Shown here: positions 1 to 10,928 of the stretch, one piece after another
Layout of the letters: every line of letters starts with the position of its first letter
How positions within the stretch are numbered: the stretch's first letter is position 1
Source: Savitreella phatthalungensis
Taxonomy: Eukaryota
NCBI GenBank assembly: GCA_051599415.1
Contig: AP039695.1
Span: forward strand, 62,001 to 126,000
DNA length: 64,000 nt
Reading direction: 5' to 3'
Translations under genes and position numbers: made by a program
The notes under the pieces: generated by a model
The model's database searches: none
Seen by the model: only the letters and a program-made list of their open reading frames with translations
What the model was told of the DNA's origin: nothing

Positions 1-2
1 CC

Positions 3-134
3 GATGCGGCGAAGGCGACAATCAGCGACCACGCGATGCTCGCTACTATGGAAGAGACTTCAGTCTACTACGGACTACTCGCGTGGTTTAGCGGTCCGCG
101 GACAGGATTGCCGACCTCGATGAGCGACCTCTGA
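3..134 (+). CDS. possible 3' end of a gene entering from the left edge (...DAAKATISDHAMLATMEETSVYYGLLAWFSGPRTGLPTSMSDL*)
   Basis: Open frame from the window edge to TGA at 132-134. No recognisable motif. Confidence 0.25.
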   Translation, partial: DAAKATISDHAMLATMEETSVYYGLLAWFSGPRTGLPTSMSDL

Positions 135-1398
135 AGACGCAAGCATTTCGCTGGCAGCTTGACCGGTGCATTTGAGACAAAATGATGGCCACTTATAAGC
201 TTAGATTGATGTGTTTGGATGAATCCGGCAGTCTGCTTGTATCTTTAGCGTGAAGATGGCAGAGCTCCGCTCTCATCCAGCACTCCATTTCGCAGGCCTT
301 CATCATGGAGGGCGGCGGGGAGATGAGCGGTGAGAAGCGCTGAACGGGATCAGGCCGAGAGGCTTCCTAGAGCAATTCAAACGTCTGACCTCCTTTGGCT
401 ACAACGTCTAGCATCGATCCACACAAATGTAGTTGAGCTCCTAGAGCTTCGTACGATCCGGATAAAAAGCGCTAACGATAATTCTATTAGTTCTTTGGGG
501 GTTGAATAGACTGAGAAGAGTCGCTTTGAAGGAGGCTGCATGATAGATAATTATCACACCGTTGAAATTCATAAGATCAGTCGATTGAGCAATCGAGCCA
601 CACCAGTTGGCTTCCGCTTGAGGGGTCAGCATTCCGATCTAGCGATCGAGTATTCAATATACCTTAGGTCGCTTACCGTTACACAACAAGCGAGACAAGA
701 TGGCTAAACCAGCTTGGGATTTCTAAAGGACGAATATCTCCGATCGTTTCCTTTTGACAGCATCCAATTCAGATTGAGGGGACAAGAATATTCCGGAAAG
801 GGCAATTGATGGCTTGCAGATTCCACATTGTTCTGTTGCGTGGATATTCTGCAAATGTGACCAGTGACGCGGGCCGTACGCTCATTGGACAATACCTGTC
901 TCACATGTCACAAACCTGCCACCTGTATGGCACTCCCTCTACAAATAGGTTTTGTTCGATTTGACGAGCCAGATAGAGGATCATGCACGATTTCATGCAT
1001 ATTTGTATGTTCTGGTTAGATAGAGTGTTAATGGACACTTGCTTGCCCACCCTCGCGTGCTGATAACCTGATATATATTTCTAGAGAGGATGCATCTCGT
1101 AGATTAAAGTGGTGCCGATCATGACGGACACCAGAGGGATCAATATACTCGTGGAGGCCTGCGCCATTTTTGTGCTAGCGGCGACTGTTTTTCTTGCGCC
1201 GCTTCAAGTAGAAGTATGAAGCGGGCTCTGATACCTCAGTAGCCTTGCCTGGGCTCTGTTGCGTTTAACATTGGTGATACTCAATAGCGACTCCATAGGG
1301 ATGGTCAATAATCAATGATTCCATCTACTCGAGCTGTCTTTGCCCCGCGCGCGTGCGGTCACGTCAGCGGCGTCACTATCTAATTGTCCGAAGTGCAA

Positions 1399-2291
1399 TT
1401 AAGATAGCTGTCTCAACGTGTCTCGTGTCTCATTGAGACAGCCGTGATCTGCATATATGGCAGCGATAAGTGCCGAGTCAAGATTTGGAAATTCGCTCCT
1501 GAGCTGCGCTTCTTCATCGCCTTGCCCGGCAATCGTCTGTAGGGCGCTCGCTGGGCGTGGCGGGAGCGCAGGCGAGTCATACAGATGCTGCTCGTATGGC
1601 GGAGCCATTTCTTGTCGATCCTGCGGGCGTACAGGTGTTTGAGGCTTGTCGATCTGACGCTGCGATGAGAACGCCGAAGAATGTTCGGCAAGCTCGTCTG
1701 TCAAGAAAGAACCGAACGTCAAGTTCTGACGATTCAGTCTGTTGCCGTCATGGGGATACGCGTCACTGCAGGATTCTAGGTCTCTTGTATGTTCGCGGCC
1801 CCGCAAGATGTCGCGGCGCTCACGGCGCGCTTCGCGTCGTTCTGCACACTGAAGCCGGCGCTCCTGACGATGCTCATGCCTGGCATCACGCATCGATCTG
1901 CGAGCCAATTGGTATTGTTCTTGCTTACTGATCGGGAGTGCGTTACCTCTTGACAAAGAGGTTGAACCTCCCAGACGTCGGCCTAGATCTATCACAGGAG
2001 TCTCTATAGCCTCAGAGGTCGTCGTGCTATTTGTTTGTATGATATCTGCAGCACCAAGTAAACGTTGAACCCGGCCGACACGACCGTCCCTAAGTCTCAC
2101 TTTGATACCACTGTGGCTTGCATTAGCTATGTGTAAAGAATCTTGTGGGTCCTTTCGTACCGTGGGTGGTCGCCTGCCGTTAGTATCTGACCAACGACTC
2201 CTTGAACTTGCCGGCCAGTTGCTTGGTCTTCCTTGAGGACAATCGCGACCGGCGTGCCGACAGCTAGCTGCGCAGCCCGCGTCACTGGCAT
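1399..2291 (-). CDS. YwbE/DUF2196-family domain protein with C-terminal CUE-like domain; exons 2291-2161 and 2110-1399
   Basis: Removing the 50-nt intron 2160-2111 (GTACGA...CTAAT...CAG) joins VAIVLKEDQATGRQVQGVVGQILTAGDHPR to GIKVRLRDGRVGRVQ, the YwbE signature. The C-terminal EAQLRSEFPNLDSALIAAIY..C-LNETRDTL resembles a CUE domain (FP motif). The start at ATG 2291 is inferred. Confidence 0.75.
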
Positions 2292-3959
2292 TAACGGACG
2301 TCCCCTCGTGCGGCCTGATCGTGCTGCCTGATGAAGCCACAAGTCAGAGTCTTGAGACCGCGTGGAGAGATTTCCTGGTTGTTGCTGTCCCCTAGTCAGC
2401 GCCAAGGTCAGTTATCAATGTGTTGATCATCATGCCAGCTCCATATCACGTGCATAGCATGCCTTCTGTACCACGTCAATGCAGGGGTTGAAGATCACGG
2501 TGCTCACTCGTCTGAACATTCGAAAATTGACCTGTTCGGGATTCAGGAAGTTATTTACCCCAGAAGTAACCTGCTAATCAAATCGCAGTTGATCAGCTTC
2601 TGATCTCTAATCCGAATGGTGCAAGGATTGAAGTCATTCAAGGAGTTCGTAGCTCAGTATTTACTGTCTAGCTATGTTGTGAGCCTCCAGCGATTCGATT
2701 AAGGCAAGGGAAGGGGAGACCTCCCCATGTAAAGCCTGTCATGTAGGAACGACCGAATTTGCATGACGATTTGCCGTCATTGTGTGATTGTGTGTTGAGG
2801 TTTATGAGAATTTCTCTGGTGGCTGGAAAACAGGAATGTCTACTTGCAGTCTCGCGGCACGGGGTCAAGCCGTCCCATCCTCAGAACGGCCCGGAATCGA
2901 ATATCGCTAGGATAGGGTCATTTTTAAAGTCCTTGTTCAGCTAGGCGTCGAATGGCTGTGGTTGGATTCTTCTCATCTTTGATTATGGCTCGCGTCAAGC
3001 AACGATTGATGAGTCTGTGCCAACGAATTTCGTGACCAACAACCTGAAGATCGCTCTGATCTGGCAGCTTTGCTTGAGGCCCATTTGGCTTACATCCTCA
3101 TCGGATAAAAGCCATATCCGCATCTCGCATCTCAAATCTGACAGCTGAAAAATAAATTACCGCCTGCAAAGTAAACCGCTACCAGATACCCAACGCTCCC
3201 TGCGTACATTGCGCCGCTGTCTTCAGAGTCCCAGAGCGCTGGAATTCGTCAATTCCAAATGATAGTTTGATTGCTGACTTTGGGGACACAATTTATGCAC
3301 GCCACGGCCGACAGCAATGGGAAAGAGAGTCAAGCCAGCAGTTCACACGCGGCACGTCGATAAAGTGCGCGAAAAGACTGGGCAGCAGTCTCACATCGTC
3401 TGATCTCGTCACGTTTTTCCTCCTGGTTCTTACTCATACGAGGAGCAAGCAGATTATAATTCCAAGGTGGACCGTTGACTCTGAGCCGCGCCTGAGGGAA
3501 CACGCAGCTAGCGCAACGCGAGAAGCTGGAGAACAAAGCTGTGAAACAGATTCTCAGCGTCTCACGCGAACTTCCTAGTACAGTCGATTTGGTCATCAGC
3601 GTAGGCGCAGCACAATACAGCGCCTTCGGAAGCTGCGTTCACACCATCTAATAGCAGACTCAGGCCCACGAGGGACGACCAAGTCCATGAGTTCCGAACT
3701 CTGACCAGCTGATCTCTTGGTGATCTCTGGGTTTCTTTGGCACCTTGGCCTTCAGCTTGAAAAACGCTCGGCGAAGCGAGGCGAAAGCCCTCTGCCCTCA
3801 CAGCAATCGCCTCGCGTCTTTGCGCGTGGGCGGAGCGTATTGATACCATTAGCGAAGATTGACTCCCAGGTGCTGCTTGTGAAGACGTGATGCGTCTCAA
3901 GATACCTCAAATAATTTCCGGGCTCTGACTACCGCAAGCAGTATTGAAGGACCGTTGCG

Positions 3960-6632
3960 ATGCCTCGCTTCGGGCATCGCGCGGTCGTGCGTTCCCCATT
4001 GTCTGCTTATCCAGTCCTGACGTGGGATGGAGAAAACGCAGATGTCGAGAATGAGCATGCAGACGGTGCACGACTCGCTGTCAATCTCGGAGAAGTCTAC
4101 GAGGCAGGCGCGCTCGCATATTTGGGCGGTGTTCACTTTGCGAATCCATTTCGTCACGACCCAGTGGCAGCACATCGCACCCGCTCACTGAGCCCGGCCT
4201 CGGAACGTACTTCGACATTCGATATTGCTGCGAATATCCGCACCTTCAAACTATTCCAGAACGCCCCGAACGAGCTGATCGAGCTCATTATGTCCCGCAT
4301 GAGGTCTCGAGTAGCCGAGGTGGGTGACGAGATATGCCGAGAGGGCGAGACAGCAAAAGCCATGTATTGGATCATTCGAGGAAGTGTCGCCGTCTGCTCG
4401 CGCGACGAGGAAAGCAAGTTTGGGGAGCTCCACGCGGGCCAATTCTTCGGCGAGATCGGCGTCTTGTTTTCCATTCCCCGCACAGCGAGCATAGTCACAC
4501 AGACGCGCTGTCTCCTGATGGCATTAACTCTGGAAGATTTGCAAGAAGTCTTACCACGATTTCCTGATATTGAGCGTGCGATCCGAGAGGAAGCGCAGGA
4601 GCGACTGGAGCTGCTGTCGAAACATAAGAATCCACCTGTGGCGTTGTCCTCCGTCAATCTGAGAGAGCGAATCAAAGCAGTACCGATGTTCAGTGCCTTA
4701 CCAGATGACATACTTCATTTCCTGGGTCTCAAGCTCAAGCCCGTAGCATTCGGACCTTTCGTCCCTATTTTGGTGCAAGATGAGCCTGGACGAGAGATCT
4801 TCTTCATCGTCAGCGGGACCGTGGAAGTGATCGATGCGCAACACGCCGCCTCGCTTGCAAGGCTTGGTCCTGGTCAATTTTTCGGCGAACTTGCATGGCT
4901 ATCGCTTAGTCCTACGCGGACAGCATCGGTGAGGTCAATCACTGCCGTGGAGTGTCTCTGCTTGGAAGACTCTGTCTTGCAGGAAGTCAATCGACTGTAT
5001 CCTGCAATGCGTCGTCGCATCGAGAAGGTTGCTCAGGAGCGAATGTCCTCCAATGACATCTTCGTGTCCAAAGAAGTGGTCAATCCAAATCCTGGACTTG
5101 TGGGGGCTGGTACGTTGACCACTCTGGCCGACCCGGATCCCTATCACAAGCGAGGTCAGAAGCGCAAGCTCTCACAGCCGACTCGCTCTTCGCCTCGTGC
5201 TAGCACGCAGAAACAGAGCGCAGCCTCGACTTCTGCGGCAGCACAGCGGCTGAGCCGAAGCGACACTACTAAACGGGCTCGTATCCGGTCCAATGGCACC
5301 GTCGAGCTGTTGGTGGACGGTATACCGCAGCGTACACAATTTGCAGGGCCTCTGCCGCCTTCACTGATGGCAGAAGTGCTTCGACACTTGCAGCTCGACG
5401 AGCTAGTGCGTGCTCGTCTTGTGCACAGCACATGGAACGTATTGATCTGCACGATGCCGCTGCCCGTTGTCACGCTTGATGTCATGGCACGGAAAATTGA
5501 CGACTCGACAATCACAAGCGTAGCAATGTTCTTGAACAATCGATCAGAGCATATCTCGATCTCACACTGCTCTCACCTGACGGATCCTGCACTCATGGTG
5601 CTTGCAAATTACGCGGCGGGTCATTGCCGCAGCTTCGCACTCGCGAGCTGCTGGAACATCTCGCCAGGGGCTATTGTAGACCTCTTGCTGAGAGCACCAG
5701 GCATGCAGGCGCTTGATCTGTCAAATTGCCGGAAAATCAATGACCAGGCTCTGTTCCGCATTCTGACGTCCGGAGCAGGACTTGACGAGCTCGATCTTGG
5801 TTACTGTAAGCACATCACGGACCGCTCGATGCATTGCATTGCGGTGCACGCCGCACAGAGGCTCAAGGTGCTCAAGCTTTCGCGCTGCACGAGTATCACA
5901 GATGCAGGATTCGGCTACTGGTCCTACTCGCCCCGTGGCTTTCCGCATCTTCACACCCTTGTCCTGCGGGACTGCACATTCCTGACAGACAATGCTGTGG
6001 TGGCGCTGACGAATACGTGCACTGCACTTCAACACTTGGACCTCTCCTTCTGCTGCGCCCTATCGGATACATCCGTTGAGGTACTCTCGCTTGGTCTTCC
6101 TGGACTGATTTCACTTCATCTGGCTTTCTGTGGCAGTGCCGTTTCTGATGCGTCCTTGAACCGAGTTGCACACCATCTGCGTGATCTACAGCGGCTGAGC
6201 GTCAGAGGCTGTGTGCGCGTTACCGATACTGCTGTCGATGCCATCGTTTCTGGACTGGAGGCGCTGCGTTGGCTCGACATCACACAATGCCGCAACGTCA
6301 CTCGCAGACCAAATGTCGCTGATCTCAGGCGAGGTCGGGGTCCTGTACAGCAGCTGCTATACCATCAAGCGGGGCACAGTGCATCTTCACAATTCCCGAT
6401 GACTGTGAATCTCAGTGGCGATCTGACATCGACAGCGGCAGGTGCTTTGAGCATGGCTAGCGCTGCAACACAAAATAATGCGGGAGATGTGTTGGGTGTT
6501 TTGTTAGACGCCACCATCCCCAACCTCACACCTCACGTCGACCTGCCGATGAGTGTCTTGGCGCCAGCCCTGACCACGACAACAACGGGATGGGGTGACG
6601 TGGATGATATTGAAATCTTGATGGGAGGCTAG
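3960..6632 (+). CDS. F-box/LRR protein with two N-terminal cyclic-nucleotide-binding domains
   Basis: 890-aa ORF. It has two cNMP cassettes (GQFFGEIGVLFSIPRTASI; GQFFGELAWLSLSPTRTASV), an F-box (LPPSLMAEVLRHLQLDELVRARLVHSTW) and cysteine-containing LRRs (LDLSNCRKINDQAL, LDLGYCKHITDRSM, LKLSRCTSITDAGF). Confidence 0.9.
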   Translation: MPRFGHRAVVRSPLSAYPVLTWDGENADVENEHADGARLAVNLGEVYEAGALAYLGGVHFANPFRHDPVAAHRTRSLSPASERTSTFDIAANIRTFKLFQNAPNELIELIMSRMRSRVAEVGDEICREGETAKAMYWIIRGSVAVCSRDEESKFGELHAGQFFGEIGVLFSIPRTASIVTQTRCLLMALTLEDLQEVLPRFPDIERAIREEAQERLELLSKHKNPPVALSSVNLRERIKAVPMFSALPDDILHFLGLKLKPVAFGPFVPILVQDEPGREIFFIVSGTVEVIDAQHAASLARLGPGQFFGELAWLSLSPTRTASVRSITAVECLCLEDSVLQEVNRLYPAMRRRIEKVAQERMSSNDIFVSKEVVNPNPGLVGAGTLTTLADPDPYHKRGQKRKLSQPTRSSPRASTQKQSAASTSAAAQRLSRSDTTKRARIRSNGTVELLVDGIPQRTQFAGPLPPSLMAEVLRHLQLDELVRARLVHSTWNVLICTMPLPVVTLDVMARKIDDSTITSVAMFLNNRSEHISISHCSHLTDPALMVLANYAAGHCRSFALASCWNISPGAIVDLLLRAPGMQALDLSNCRKINDQALFRILTSGAGLDELDLGYCKHITDRSMHCIAVHAAQRLKVLKLSRCTSITDAGFGYWSYSPRGFPHLHTLVLRDCTFLTDNAVVALTNTCTALQHLDLSFCCALSDTSVEVLSLGLPGLISLHLAFCGSAVSDASLNRVAHHLRDLQRLSVRGCVRVTDTAVDAIVSGLEALRWLDITQCRNVTRRPNVADLRRGRGPVQQLLYHQAGHSASSQFPMTVNLSGDLTSTAAGALSMASAATQNNAGDVLGVLLDATIPNLTPHVDLPMSVLAPALTTTTTGWGDVDDIEILMGG

Positions 6633-7142
6633 TACATCTTCTCAGAGAGTCTTGAGCCAACGACAACCACAGTGAGATGCGAGATCAGCATATCGGATCG
6701 CAGAACTTGCTCATATTTCGATACGCCGCGCAGTCCCAATGATGAGACCGAGGACCAACTTATGTGGAGGCTAGAGGAGTACGAAAACCCCTTTTGTAAC
6801 TAGTAGACAAGGAGCGCCGATGCAAACAGACCTCGGGCTTCTATAGCACATAATTTACAGCATGCAGCTTTTTATTGGTGCTTCGACGTCCGATGCATCG
6901 ACATCGTGCGATCGACCTTTGACATGAGCCACAGAACGAAATGAAATGACTCGGTGATCAGGGGTCATCTAGAGTCTGCACTATACGCAAAACTTCGTCC
7001 TTCGAGGTCGGTGCTTACTCGTGCATATCGACCATGTACATTTACGCGCGTGAACCACAGCATGCATACGCATGTTTCTTACCGTGCTTGCCTTTGTTCT
7101 TTGTTTACTTCATATTTGTTGCATGATCAATCGATCGATCAT

Positions 7143-7173
7143 GTACGTACGTACGTACGTGCGTGCGTACGTA
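7143..7173. repeat. (GTAC)n/(GTGC)n simple repeat
   Basis: gtacgtacgtacgtacgtgcgtgcgtacgta, an alternating purine-pyrimidine tract in an intergenic region. Confidence 0.7.
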
Positions 7174-7791
7174 TGATAACACGTCTAGATATCGAAATTT
7201 AATTTCATGTCATGTAATTCAAGTTAAGAGTTATCCGCACAATAGAAATCAATTCATCCTATTTTCAATAAACTCCGTCTGTAATACAAAATTATGATGA
7301 TCGAATCCTCGCAATTGATTATATGATGCACGATGTAGCAGCCAGTCTACTTGCGTAAATATGTAAATTGATGGAATATTGGTGCATTAACCCTGCCCAA
7401 TCTGATGATCGACGCGACATGCTCAAGTTAACTCGACTGTCTTCACCTCTCACGCGCGGTGACCTTTTCGCAGCTATCTACAGGTGTCCAAGCTCCATAA
7501 ACACCGCTCACGGCCGGGCTCGATTGTTAAGCCGGCTCCGCAATGCGGTCATGTCGAGTGGTAGGAACGCTGATTCTGGCCGCCCCTCCATCCCTTCCTA
7601 CATACGACGATATTTCATGCCATCGAGAGTCAGAAGCCGAAAGACTGCTGCCACTTCTCTCACCCTCGACCGCCTTTCGAATCCTCGTGCACCTTTGAAA
7701 AGCAACGCAAAATCTTCCACCTCAAGATTGCTTGGGGTTGAATCATATATTTCAGGACCTTCTCTTCTGATTGCCGAGCTAGTCGAGGTCA

Positions 7792-10719
7792 ATGGATAAG
7801 GCAGGGTTACCGCGGTCAATTCCATGTGGGTCACGCCACCATCCGCTCAGATGGCAGACCTTGCTCTACCGTGCCGGTGCTCTCGTGGTCGTTGTCTTCC
7901 TGGCTTACGACATTTTCAGCGTCGTGTTTCCCGCATCATTTGGAGGTCAGATAGTCTCACAGCATACATTCAAGGCTTTTGCAGACGATCTGGCTCAATG
8001 TAACACCCTGCATGAACGTCCAGTGTCAGCTCATTCGGCGACGCGGATCAATCCGAGATTCGACGCTCGAAAGGGCAAGCCAGCACTCATCAAGAACGCC
8101 ACTCTGCTCAACGGCGATGGTACACTCACTTGGCATGCTGATATTTTCATGGAGAACGGCGTTTTCAAGAGTGTTGGCAGCTCAGCCGCAGACGCAGCTG
8201 CAGCTGCGAAAGGAGAAGTGCTCGTCTGGGATGTGCAGGGACGCTTCGTGACGCCTGGACTGGTCGACATGCACTCGCATGCTGGTGTCAATTCCCTACC
8301 CGAGTTCTGGGGTAATGAGGATACAAACGAGATATCAGACCCAATCACGTCCCAAGTCCGCGTCACCGATGCACTAAGCCCTTCTGACCCGATGTTTCAG
8401 CGCATCCTATCTGGTGGTGTTACCACGTCTCTCATTCTCCCTGGCTCCGCAAATGTTATTGGTGGGGAAGCTTTCGCCATCAAGATGGCAGCTCAAGACA
8501 CGCTCGAGGTCGAAGACTATCTTGTCCAGAAGGGCGTTCAGGAGAAACGGCAACGCTGGTTGAAAATGGCTTGCGGCGAGAATCCCAAGCGCGTCTATCC
8601 TGGTAAGACTAATACACGACTTGGTGAGGGTTGGGCTTTCAGACATCGCTTCGATCAGGCAAGACAGCTAGTGCAGCGTCAGGACGATTGGTGCGCTATG
8701 GCTACAGCTGGAGGCTACGATGCTGTCCGGGGAAGTCGTTTCCCGGTCGATCTCGAGCTTGAATCCGTTGCCGGCGTGCTTCGAGGAGACGTCCAGGTCA
8801 ACAATCATTGCTACGAGACGCATGATCTCGAAGCGCGTTTGAAGCTGGCAGAGGAATTTGACTTCAAAATTGGGGCTTTTCACCACGCACAAGACGCCTA
8901 TCTTGTGCCTGCCATGCTCAGACGCGCTCCTGGCAATTTGACGATTGCTACCTTTGCAAACCTTTGGGGTTACAAGAAGGAGGCTTTCGAGGGTAGTCCC
9001 TACGCTGGCAAGCTGCTCACTGACGCTGGCATTCGTCTTACCTACAAGTCCGATCATCCTGTGACAAATTCTCAGCACCTGCTCTATCAGGCTCAGCTTG
9101 CCACACACTTTGACCTTGATGACGCCCTTGCAATCCAGGCCGTCACTCTCAACCCGGCAGACTCCCTCGGCCTCGGTCACCGGATCGGTCGGGTCGCCAA
9201 TGGGTACGATGCCGATCTTGTCGTATGGAGCGGTTGGCCTCTTGAACTGGGATCGCACCCTGAGCAAGTCTGGATAGACGGCGCCACCCAACTGGACATG
9301 AAGCCCAGCGAAGCTCTGTTCTCAGGAGAAACCTTCAGCTCCGAAGAGAGAGAAATCGCGTCACTTACTCTTCCCACATGCAACGGCAACACAGACAATT
9401 TCGTTGTGCACGGCATTTCGGTGGACATGTCGGACGATTCGCAGGCTCAGCGAGGACGACAGGCTCCTTTCTCCCTTGTCGTCAAGCAGGGACAGACGGC
9501 GTGCTTTGGTACGCGTGAAAAGTGCTTAGACTATGCGGAGCAGCTTGTGAACGAGCTTGGCGTCGGAAACGTGCAGGCAATTGATTTGGGGAACTCTGGT
9601 CACGTCATACCTCCGATCGTCAGCACGGCTCAATTTGTAGGCCTCGGCGAGATTCCTTCTGAGGAAGCAACCTTGGACGGAAGTGTACAGGCGCACAACA
9701 GTCTCACGGCGTCTGACAAGCTTGCCCGGGCCCATTTTGGACTTATTTGGGGAGGTCCGCATCAGCACCGATTGAAGACCATGGGTGTCTCAACCTTGAT
9801 CATCCCGCCGATGTCAGCGGGTGGCTCCGCACTAGGAGTTTCTGCTGCTATCGATTTGACGGCTGGCTCGCTTCTAGACAAGAACATCCAGGCCATTCCT
9901 AAACGAGAAGTCGCCGTCCACATGGTTATTGGCAATGAGGCGAAGACTGAGGCTGGCACCGCTTCGACTGTTTCTGGCCAGCTCTCTGCTTTGTGGTCGA
10001 TTGTTGTCCATGGGAATAGTTCGAGCGAGACTGAGGACCCGATCTGGATCAAGGTCAGGACCGGTCAGGTTCCCCTTGTGGTCAGCACAGGCTCGGGTGA
10101 TGAGATCGCGCATCTCATTCAACTCGCTCGCCACGCCAGATCCTTAAGACTTGTTATCCTCGGTGGCGCTGAGGCACATCTCCACGCCGCTGCGTTAGCC
10201 GAGCTGAAGGATCGCGTCAGTGTGCTCCTGTTCCCGAGGTGTATGCCATCCACCTGGCGCACACGTCGCTGTCTCCCTGGCCCGCCGCTTTCACGATTCA
10301 CTGGGTTCGGCAAACTCTATCGCGCAGGTGTCAACGTCGCTCTCGTCTCTGATGACGATGGTAACACGGGAGAGATGTACTTCGAAAGTGCATGGCAGAG
10401 GACACTTTACAATGAAGCTATCGATCGGGCCGAGGCTGAAGCAGACGCCGCTGTGAAGCCTCCTCCCTTCTTGTCGGAGCGAGATGCTGTCGCGCTTGTC
10501 TCTACGAAGGTGAGCTCGATCTTGGGCTTGCCCGCCAGGAACGCATCGATCGCGAACGGTCAGAGCCCAACAGTCAACTTGTTCGCCCGATCACCACTGC
10601 ACCTCAAATCGCGCCTGGCCGCTCGCATCGTCAACGGTCGCCTCGTTGAGTGCTCGCCACGCATCAAGACTTCCATCGAGCTTCGACAGGAAGAGGACGA
10701 GGCCGCTCTTTGGAGCTAG
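7792..10719 (+). CDS. membrane-anchored tandem amidohydrolase-superfamily protein (metal-dependent hydrolase)
   Basis: 975 aa. N-terminal TM segment (ALVVVVFLAYDIFSVVF). First barrel has TPGLVDMHSH, LKMACGENPK, HCYE, HHAQ, KSDHP and GRVANGYDADLVVW. The second barrel lacks HxH. Confidence 0.85.
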   Translation: MDKAGLPRSIPCGSRHHPLRWQTLLYRAGALVVVVFLAYDIFSVVFPASFGGQIVSQHTFKAFADDLAQCNTLHERPVSAHSATRINPRFDARKGKPALIKNATLLNGDGTLTWHADIFMENGVFKSVGSSAADAAAAAKGEVLVWDVQGRFVTPGLVDMHSHAGVNSLPEFWGNEDTNEISDPITSQVRVTDALSPSDPMFQRILSGGVTTSLILPGSANVIGGEAFAIKMAAQDTLEVEDYLVQKGVQEKRQRWLKMACGENPKRVYPGKTNTRLGEGWAFRHRFDQARQLVQRQDDWCAMATAGGYDAVRGSRFPVDLELESVAGVLRGDVQVNNHCYETHDLEARLKLAEEFDFKIGAFHHAQDAYLVPAMLRRAPGNLTIATFANLWGYKKEAFEGSPYAGKLLTDAGIRLTYKSDHPVTNSQHLLYQAQLATHFDLDDALAIQAVTLNPADSLGLGHRIGRVANGYDADLVVWSGWPLELGSHPEQVWIDGATQLDMKPSEALFSGETFSSEEREIASLTLPTCNGNTDNFVVHGISVDMSDDSQAQRGRQAPFSLVVKQGQTACFGTREKCLDYAEQLVNELGVGNVQAIDLGNSGHVIPPIVSTAQFVGLGEIPSEEATLDGSVQAHNSLTASDKLARAHFGLIWGGPHQHRLKTMGVSTLIIPPMSAGGSALGVSAAIDLTAGSLLDKNIQAIPKREVAVHMVIGNEAKTEAGTASTVSGQLSALWSIVVHGNSSSETEDPIWIKVRTGQVPLVVSTGSGDEIAHLIQLARHARSLRLVILGGAEAHLHAAALAELKDRVSVLLFPRCMPSTWRTRRCLPGPPLSRFTGFGKLYRAGVNVALVSDDDGNTGEMYFESAWQRTLYNEAIDRAEAEADAAVKPPPFLSERDAVALVSTKVSSILGLPARNASIANGQSPTVNLFARSPLHLKSRLAARIVNGRLVECSPRIKTSIELRQEEDEAALWS

Positions 10720-10928
10720 AACGCGTCGTGATGGAATGCTTCAGGGCTGATCTCGAGACGCAGTCACCATAACACTCGTCGTCATTTTCATTAAATTAAA
10801 TCGTGATACTACAGCTAGCTGTGAATGAGCGTGGTCCTGGATACATAAACCTTCGTAAGTCAAATGGATGCACTAGCTGGTCGTGAGTCAAGGAAATATC
10901 AGTTTCGATTGCACTGACGTGCCGAACA

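Noticed and set aside
2643..2712. tRNA-like A box (TAGCTCAGT) and TTCGATT at about tRNA spacing
   Set aside because: The T-stem and acceptor stem do not pair, so there is no cloverleaf.
6633..6806. 56 in-frame sense codons after the F-box gene's TAG (possible readthrough)
   Set aside because: No known readthrough context. Similar stop-free runs follow UGP1 and the SDR gene, so this is unremarkable at this GC content.
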